Shown: positions 58,749 to 64,000 of the stretch, piece after piece
How positions within the stretch are numbered: position 1 is the first letter of the stretch
How the letters are laid out: the number at the start of each line of letters is the position of its first letter
Assembly (NCBI GenBank): GCA_027317865.1
Contig: DAHVQG010000004.1
Location: forward strand, 96,001-160,000
Origin: Bdellovibrionales bacterium
Lineage (GTDB): Bacteria > Bdellovibrionota > Bdellovibrionia > Bdellovibrionales > UBA1609
Reading direction: 5' to 3'
DNA: 64,000 nucleotides
Notes under the pieces: generated by a model
Told to the model about the DNA's origin: nothing
Databases searched by the model: none
Seen by the model: the letters and a program-made list of their open reading frames with translations, nothing else
Program-made: the position numbers and the translations under genes

Positions 58749-59688
58749 CTACTTTGAGCTTATAGCCTAACAAAAAATCATGGGCCGACATTGGTGATTT
58801 CGACTCCGGTTGCACGCGTGTAATACGTAACGCTCCCTCGCGGCAAGCCACAGTAAAACTGTCGTTACCCACGGCTACAATATTCCCCGGCGTATTCCGA
58901 GCAGAAGTATCTGTCAAATGAACGACCTCGCCGCTGAGTATTTTAAGCGCACGACCGTTTAAATTCGTCGCCGAACCGGGGCCCAAAATCATGGCACGAA
59001 TATGATTACGTATTTGCGTGGCCGTTTTATTGTTCCAATCGATCTGTGCTTCTGATTTTTCAATTTTGTGCGCATACGTCACGAGTTTCTCGTCTTGGGG
59101 AGTCGGCACCAAATCTCCGCGCAAATATTTGAGAAAATCCACTCGTAAAAGCCGCACGCCGAGCGGCATTAGTTCATCGTGAAGGCGTTGAGCATCCCAC
59201 GACTCGTCGATTTTGACACGATAGCTCGCAATTACATCACCAGCATCGAGCTTTTTAACCATTAGTTGCAGCGACACACCAGTTTCAATATCGCCAGCCT
59301 CAATGGCGCGCTGAATAGGCGCGGCCCCCCTCCAGCGCGGCAAGAGACTCGCATGTACATTGACCACTTTGCCAGGAAATATATCTAAAAAAGTTTGCGG
59401 CAAAATCTGACCGTACGCTACAACAATGGCGGCATCTGCGCCCCAACTTTTAATCTCACGTAAAGTCTCTTCATTTTTAATGGTTTCAGGCGTGATGACG
59501 CGCAAACCCCGATCAAGAGCTAATTGTTTAACCGGGCTCGGCGTGAGGTGCATTTTACGGCCGCTGGGGCGGTCAGGTTGGCTAATTACTCCGACGACTG
59601 AATACTGGGGATCATCAATAAGACTCGCAAGATGATGACGCGAAAAATCTGGAGTGCCCAGAAAAACAACACGAATGGTTGAACTCAA
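58732..59688 (-). CDS. fmt: Methionyl-tRNA formyltransferase
   Basis: FLGTPDF, QPDRPSGR, NVHASLLPRWRGAAPI and LDAG. Confidence 0.97.
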   Translation of the reverse strand: MSSTIRVVFLGTPDFSRHHLASLIDDPQYSVVGVISQPDRPSGRKMHLTPSPVKQLALDRGLRVITPETIKNEETLREIKSWGADAAIVVAYGQILPQTFLDIFPGKVVNVHASLLPRWRGAAPIQRAIEAGDIETGVSLQLMVKKLDAGDVIASYRVKIDESWDAQRLHDELMPLGVRLLRVDFLKYLRGDLVPTPQDEKLVTYAHKIEKSEAQIDWNNKTATQIRNHIRAMILGPGSATNLNGRALKILSGEVVHLTDTSARNTPGNIVAVGNDSFTVACREGALRITRVQPESKSPMSAHDFLLGYKLKVGDRVE

Positions 59689-60362
59689 AGCCGATGTTCC
59701 GAAGGTGTTTTAGATTCTTCGCCTTTATCGGACTCGTCATCGTCTTTTTGATCCGTAGAATATCCAAATTTGCGAATTTTCGCCTTAATTCTCGCCGATT
59801 TAATTGGGCTGAGACGATCGATAAAAAGCTTGCCGTCCAAATGGTCTATTTCGTGTTGAATACAAATAGCAAGCAGACCGTCGGTTTTAAATTCAATTTT
59901 CTTACCTTCTATATTGAGAGCTTCGACTTCAATGATTCGTGCCCGCTCCACCACTTCAAAATAGGTGGGAACACTCAAACAACCTTCATTATAAGTAATC
60001 TTGCCTTCTTTTTTTTTCACGACCGGATTGAACAAAATGAGCGGCTGAGCGATGTTCTTTTCGAATACTGGTTCGCCCAATTCGTCCCGAAGCTCGCGTT
60101 CGTTGACTTCGTCTTCGGGGCCCTCACGACTGTCGTCTTCGGGGCCCTCACGACTGTCGTCTTCGGGTCGACGCGTATCAATTACGATCAAGCGGATTTG
60201 CCGATTCACTTGCGCTGCCGCAAGGCCGATCCCGCGGTGGGCATACATTGTTTCCAGCATATCGTTGGCAAATTGGGCAAGCTCGTCGGTGACTTTATCA
60301 ACCGGCTTACATTTTTTGCGTAAATTCGGATCTGGAAATTTTAGAATTTCTAACTTCGCCAC
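59685..60362 (-). CDS. def: Peptide deformylase
   Basis: GIGLAAAQV, EGCLS and QHEIDHLDG. Confidence 0.97.
   Translation of the reverse strand: MAKLEILKFPDPNLRKKCKPVDKVTDELAQFANDMLETMYAHRGIGLAAAQVNRQIRLIVIDTRRPEDDSREGPEDDSREGPEDEVNERELRDELGEPVFEKNIAQPLILFNPVVKKKEGKITYNEGCLSVPTYFEVVERARIIEVEALNIEGKKIEFKTDGLLAICIQHEIDHLDGKLFIDRLSPIKSARIKAKIRKFGYSTDQKDDDESDKGEESKTPSEHRL
60109..60167. repeat. Perfect 24-bp in-frame tandem repeat in def (~2.5 copies)
   Basis: TCGTCTTCGGGGCCCTCACGACTG x2 plus 11 nt; encodes PEDDSREG-PEDDSREG-PED. Confidence 0.92.
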
Positions 60363-60409
60363 AAAATAACAATACCAAATTCATTAGAGGCGGTCAAAAT
60401 TGCCCGTTT

Positions 60410-61489
60410 TCACTGCTTTAAATTGACGAGCGCGGCCGTCGCCGCCCCGCCCATGATAAAATTCGGCCCCCAAGCCGCTAACATGGGATCAATCACTCCG
60501 TGTTTACCCATCGCCAATGAGGCACTGTAAAACACCCAATAAATGAAGCCGATAGCAACACTCAACCCGATATTTACCATATTACCACCGGCGCGCGCGC
60601 GCTTAATGGTGAACGGGATCCCCATCAACGACAATACAAGGCCGGCAAACGCGTACGACATTTTGGAATAAAGATCTACCTCATAGCCGAGCGTATTAAG
60701 GCCGGCCGCCTTGTTTCTTTCGATAAAATGGCGCAACTGTTCCGTCGTGAGAGTGTCGCTTGATGGCCTTACAGCAGCAAAATCGGCTAAGTCTTCACTT
60801 ACAGTCAGAGTTTTTCTTTGAAATGTTTTAGTTAACGGAAAACTCGATTCGTTAGTGAACAAAGTCACCGAGCCATCGCGCAAATGCCAAGTTTTTTTGT
60901 TCATGAATACCGTTTTAGCTTTAATAAGCTGCACAAGGTTCCAGGCATTATCGAAATAATAAAGAGTGATGCCTTGTGCCGTCTTTTTTTCGGCGTTTAA
61001 ATAAGAAATATTAAAAATCGTATTATGCGATCGATACCAAATTTTGTTTCGTTCAACCGTCGAATATAGTCCAGGGTCTTTTTCTAGGTCGACGTAATAA
61101 ACATAGTTTTTCTTTTGTGCCGCAACGGGCAGAACATGATCGCCGAACCAATACGTGAATAAACAAATAAGGCTCAGAACCATCAATACCGGCAAACACA
61201 CGCGCGCCAAACTGTACCCCAAACTATAAAGCGCGGTGAGTTCGTTGTTACGGTTGAGCGCTGAGAGCGTGAACATCGTCCCCACCATGCCGCCAATAGG
61301 CATCAGGCGATATAGGATACGGATTATGTCATACTTATAATATTCAACTAAAACGTGCGTGGGAGCGTGAAACTGCATCGACACCGACGTGTAATCGATT
61401 GCAAGGTAGATCGCTGCAAACACAATAAGTCCGCCTAAAAAATAAAAGAAAAAATTTTTCGCTAAATAGCGGTCGATACTAGTAAACAG
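60410..61489 (-). CDS. lptG: LPS export ABC transporter permease LptG (probable CTG start)
   Basis: N-terminal IDRYLAK, NELTALYSLG.S and AAWGPN; CTG at 61489 follows a GAGGTGA SD and an in-frame TAG. Confidence 0.88.
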   Translation of the reverse strand: MFTSIDRYLAKNFFFYFLGGLIVFAAIYLAIDYTSVSMQFHAPTHVLVEYYKYDIIRILYRLMPIGGMVGTMFTLSALNRNNELTALYSLGYSLARVCLPVLMVLSLICLFTYWFGDHVLPVAAQKKNYVYYVDLEKDPGLYSTVERNKIWYRSHNTIFNISYLNAEKKTAQGITLYYFDNAWNLVQLIKAKTVFMNKKTWHLRDGSVTLFTNESSFPLTKTFQRKTLTVSEDLADFAAVRPSSDTLTTEQLRHFIERNKAAGLNTLGYEVDLYSKMSYAFAGLVLSLMGIPFTIKRARAGGNMVNIGLSVAIGFIYWVFYSASLAMGKHGVIDPMLAAWGPNFIMGGAATAALVNLKQ

Positions 61490-61549
61490 CTATCACCTCG
61501 TTGTCTGCCCTATCTTGACTCTACACTGGATTCGATGTTGACTCGAATC

Positions 61550-62521
61550 ATGGCTTTGCGCGTCTTACTTGCTGATGAAAGTGTCACTATAAAAAAGGTT
61601 TTTCAAGTAGCCTTGCAAGACTTTGGTGTCGAGGTCACACCCGTCACCATTGGCAGTGATGTTGTCGCGGTGGCCGAACGCGTTCATCCCGATATCGTCT
61701 TCGTGGACGTACTTTTACAAAAGAAAAACGGCTATGACGTTTGCCGGGACTTAAAAAAGACGCCGTCACTGGCCGCCACACCGGTCGTCCTTATTTGGAG
61801 TGGTTTCATGGAACTAGATCAACAAAAATATCGAAACTCGGGTGCAAACGACCATTTAGAAAAGCCATTTGACGCACAGAAATTGCGCTCCATTATCACC
61901 GATTTGGTTCCAAAAACAAAAACTCAACCCGTCGCGCCTTTTGTTACACTTCCAAAACTTCCGGAATTTGACGAAGGCCCGCAATCGGTCCCGCTCGAAG
62001 CGAGCGGCTCTTCGTCTAAAGATAATTGGTCAATGGAAAGTTTTGAACCGCCGGCTATTCCAATATCTGCCGACGCCGATGAATTCACGAATGTTCCAAT
62101 TGCGTCACGCTCGAATTTAAACCGGGCGTTGCAAAATAAAAACCCCAGCACGGCAAACAAGCACGCTGTATCTAAATCCGACGATGAATTGGTAACTGCC
62201 GAAGATGACGGGCTCTGGGTACAAAAATCGTTATCGCGATTTCAACTCGAACCCGATAAGCAAGAGGATTCTGGTTTAGTTGAGCTAAATTTAGATATAC
62301 ATAAAGGCGAAAGCGCCAATCTTATGCCGCCTGAAACACCGAAAGAAGTCGCGCATAAACCAAAAGCTGAAATCCCGCAATTATCGGAAGAGCAGCTTAT
62401 ACAAATAGTTCGTGCGCAATCCAAAGAAGTCATTGAAAAAGTGGTATGGCAAATCTTGCCAGAAATTGCAGCTCAAGTTGTGGAACGCGAACTCAGCAAG
62501 TTATTAGATGAACGCAAATGA
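61550..62521 (+). CDS. romR: RomR-like polarity response regulator
   Basis: Receiver MALRVLLADES...FVDV, disordered linker and C-terminal AQSKEVIEKVVWQILPEIAAQVVERELSKLL helix typical of RomR. Confidence 0.82.
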   Translation: MALRVLLADESVTIKKVFQVALQDFGVEVTPVTIGSDVVAVAERVHPDIVFVDVLLQKKNGYDVCRDLKKTPSLAATPVVLIWSGFMELDQQKYRNSGANDHLEKPFDAQKLRSIITDLVPKTKTQPVAPFVTLPKLPEFDEGPQSVPLEASGSSSKDNWSMESFEPPAIPISADADEFTNVPIASRSNLNRALQNKNPSTANKHAVSKSDDELVTAEDDGLWVQKSLSRFQLEPDKQEDSGLVELNLDIHKGESANLMPPETPKEVAHKPKAEIPQLSEEQLIQIVRAQSKEVIEKVVWQILPEIAAQVVERELSKLLDERK

Positions 62522-63357
62522 CCGAAAATTCGCTCTCGCGCCTGATACAAATCGCATTGCAAGAAGATATCCCGACGGTCGACGTGACCACCGACAGTTT
62601 ACACCTCGATTCACTCCAAGGTCTTGCACGTGTTATTGCTAAAGAGGATCTCGTTCTTTCAGGAACCGACCCTTTTACCGAAACACTAAAAGCCATCGAC
62701 TCATCGGTGACCGTGGACTGGCAATTCCAGGACGGGGCATTTATATTAAATCAGCAAAACATTTGCGTCATCCGCGGCCCCATCGCATCGATTTTAAAAG
62801 GTGAGCGCGTGGCCCTTAATTTTCTTGGCCATCTTTCGGGCATCGCAACTCTTACCCGCTGTTACGCCGAACAAATTAAACATACCAAAACGAAAATTTT
62901 GGATACGCGTAAAACGCTGCCGGGTTTGCGAGCGCTCGAAAAAATGGCGGTCGTTCATGGGGGTGGATGCAATCACCGAATGAGTCTAAGTGATGGCGTT
63001 CTTATTAAAGAAAACCATATTGAATTTGCCGGCGGACTCGCTATAGCGGTTAATTCGATTCAGAAAGAAAGTCGGCTGCCCGTTGAAGTTGAAGTGCGAA
63101 ATCTTGATGAAGTCCGCAAGGCTGTGAGTCTCGGTGTTTGGCGAATTTTACTTGATAACATGTCCATTGACGATATGCGCGAAGCGCTAAGAAATATCCC
63201 GGCACCTATCGAAACAGAAGCGTCTGGCAATATGACACTTGAACGCGTACGTGAAGTGGCCGAACTGGGAGTCGATTTTATCAGCGTCGGCGCACTCACC
63301 CACTCTGCCCCTTGTGCCGATATCAGCTTATTACTTGAACAAAGGACCTCGACGTGA
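62518..63357 (+). CDS. nadC: Quinolinate phosphoribosyltransferase
   Basis: ERVALNF, LDTRKT.PGLR, HRMSL, IKENH, LLDN, EASG and SVGALTHS. Confidence 0.96.
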   Translation: MTENSLSRLIQIALQEDIPTVDVTTDSLHLDSLQGLARVIAKEDLVLSGTDPFTETLKAIDSSVTVDWQFQDGAFILNQQNICVIRGPIASILKGERVALNFLGHLSGIATLTRCYAEQIKHTKTKILDTRKTLPGLRALEKMAVVHGGGCNHRMSLSDGVLIKENHIEFAGGLAIAVNSIQKESRLPVEVEVRNLDEVRKAVSLGVWRILLDNMSIDDMREALRNIPAPIETEASGNMTLERVREVAELGVDFISVGALTHSAPCADISLLLEQRTST

Positions 63358-64000
63358 CGGTACCTCGACCTTTTCACGTCTATGATGTCACGAAAGAATG
63401 GCTCAACAGCAAAATCCAAACCGACTCTTCGCAATTCAAGTTTACCGCTTCACGAATTATTGAAAGCACTAACGATCTCGCTAAAAACGAAGCCTTTAGT
63501 AAGTCGATACCTGGCGAGAAAATATATTTGGCTGATATTCAAACTAAAGGACGCGGCCGCGGCGCAAACGCCTGGATCGCACCCCCCTCCGGTGATGCGC
63601 TTTTGATGACTTGGTCATGGGAACTTGAAAATGCCGCGCAACCGATCACGGCACCCCTCATGGGACTTCACATTTATCGCGCGCTAAATCAGACCTTTTC
63701 AAACGCGGGGTTAAGCCTCAAGCCACCCAATGATATTTATTTTTTAAACAATAAAATCTTAGGAATTCTTGCCGAAGCCTTACAGCAAGGCCCGCGCCAC
63801 CGCCTAATTGTAGGCTTTGGGTTAAACGTATTTTCTGCGCCATCAGGTGTGCCAATTGCCGGATGCTTAAGCGCACTCGAACAAAAAAACGGCGAACCAG
63901 ACCGCAACGAAAATGAACAATATCTGACGGCACCGATTTGGCTGAAGTTTCTTGATGACCTCGCAACGGAACTTCGTACGGCAGTTAAAAAATCACAATT
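63354..64000 (+). CDS. birA: Biotin-protein ligase without HTH (runs off the window)
   Basis: Not in the ORF track; GTG 63354 overlaps the nadC stop and translates to ESTNDLAK, QTKGRGRG..W, KPPNDI, KILGILAE and GFGLN. Confidence 0.9.
   Translation, partial: MTVPRPFHVYDVTKEWLNSKIQTDSSQFKFTASRIIESTNDLAKNEAFSKSIPGEKIYLADIQTKGRGRGANAWIAPPSGDALLMTWSWELENAAQPITAPLMGLHIYRALNQTFSNAGLSLKPPNDIYFLNNKILGILAEALQQGPRHRLIVGFGLNVFSAPSGVPIAGCLSALEQKNGEPDRNENEQYLTAPIWLKFLDDLATELRTAVKKSQ

Noticed and set aside
60109-60167. 24-bp direct repeats as a possible CRISPR array
   Set aside because: Repeats are contiguous with no spacers, in frame inside def, and no cas genes are present.
59679-60323. 214-aa + strand ORF with a repeat
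   Set aside because: Antisense shadow of def; the repeat is the def duplication read backwards.

Overview
A dense, mostly housekeeping 64-kb chromosomal segment, very likely from a Bdellovibrionota (Bdellovibrio-like) bacterium. That assignment is inferred from a RomR homologue, a TIGR02147/DUF4423 regulator, GYF_2-PilZ and GGGG-motif secreted proteins, and ribF-aroE-pilB synteny. In order it holds: the 5' part of pilB, an AroE-like protein and ribF; a CHASE2 kinase with a sigma54 activator; a long minus-strand envelope cluster (ybeY, prfB with +1 frameshift, lolC/E, lolD, bamA, skp, fabZ, lpxA, gnnA-like, lpxB, lpxK, lpxL, DUF3108, two GT9); three accessory genes separating a 7TM-HD gene from ybeY; mazG, rlmE and an S1/P1 nuclease; amidase-rph-rdgB; prs-rplY-pth-ychF; slt-oppABC; radA; glpK; a DUF4423 regulator with a secreted cargo gene; lptG-def-fmt-rpe-hutH-hutU-mipA-hutI; and romR-nadC-birA (partial). 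I found no rRNA, tRNA, CRISPR array, integrase or transposase. The best novel candidate is an unannotated ~54-nt sigma54-dependent small RNA (about 31978-32031). Its C-rich single-stranded segments are complementary to the ribosome-binding regions of slt, oppA, a secreted protease and mipA in this same window. Other notable signals are a second candidate sRNA between radA and glpK, a large operator palindrome in front of the DUF4423 cassette, a catalytically eroded AroE next to pilB, a CTG start codon for lptG, and unusually basic exported proteins (possible acidophile). All calls come from reading motifs by eye; no database searches were run.
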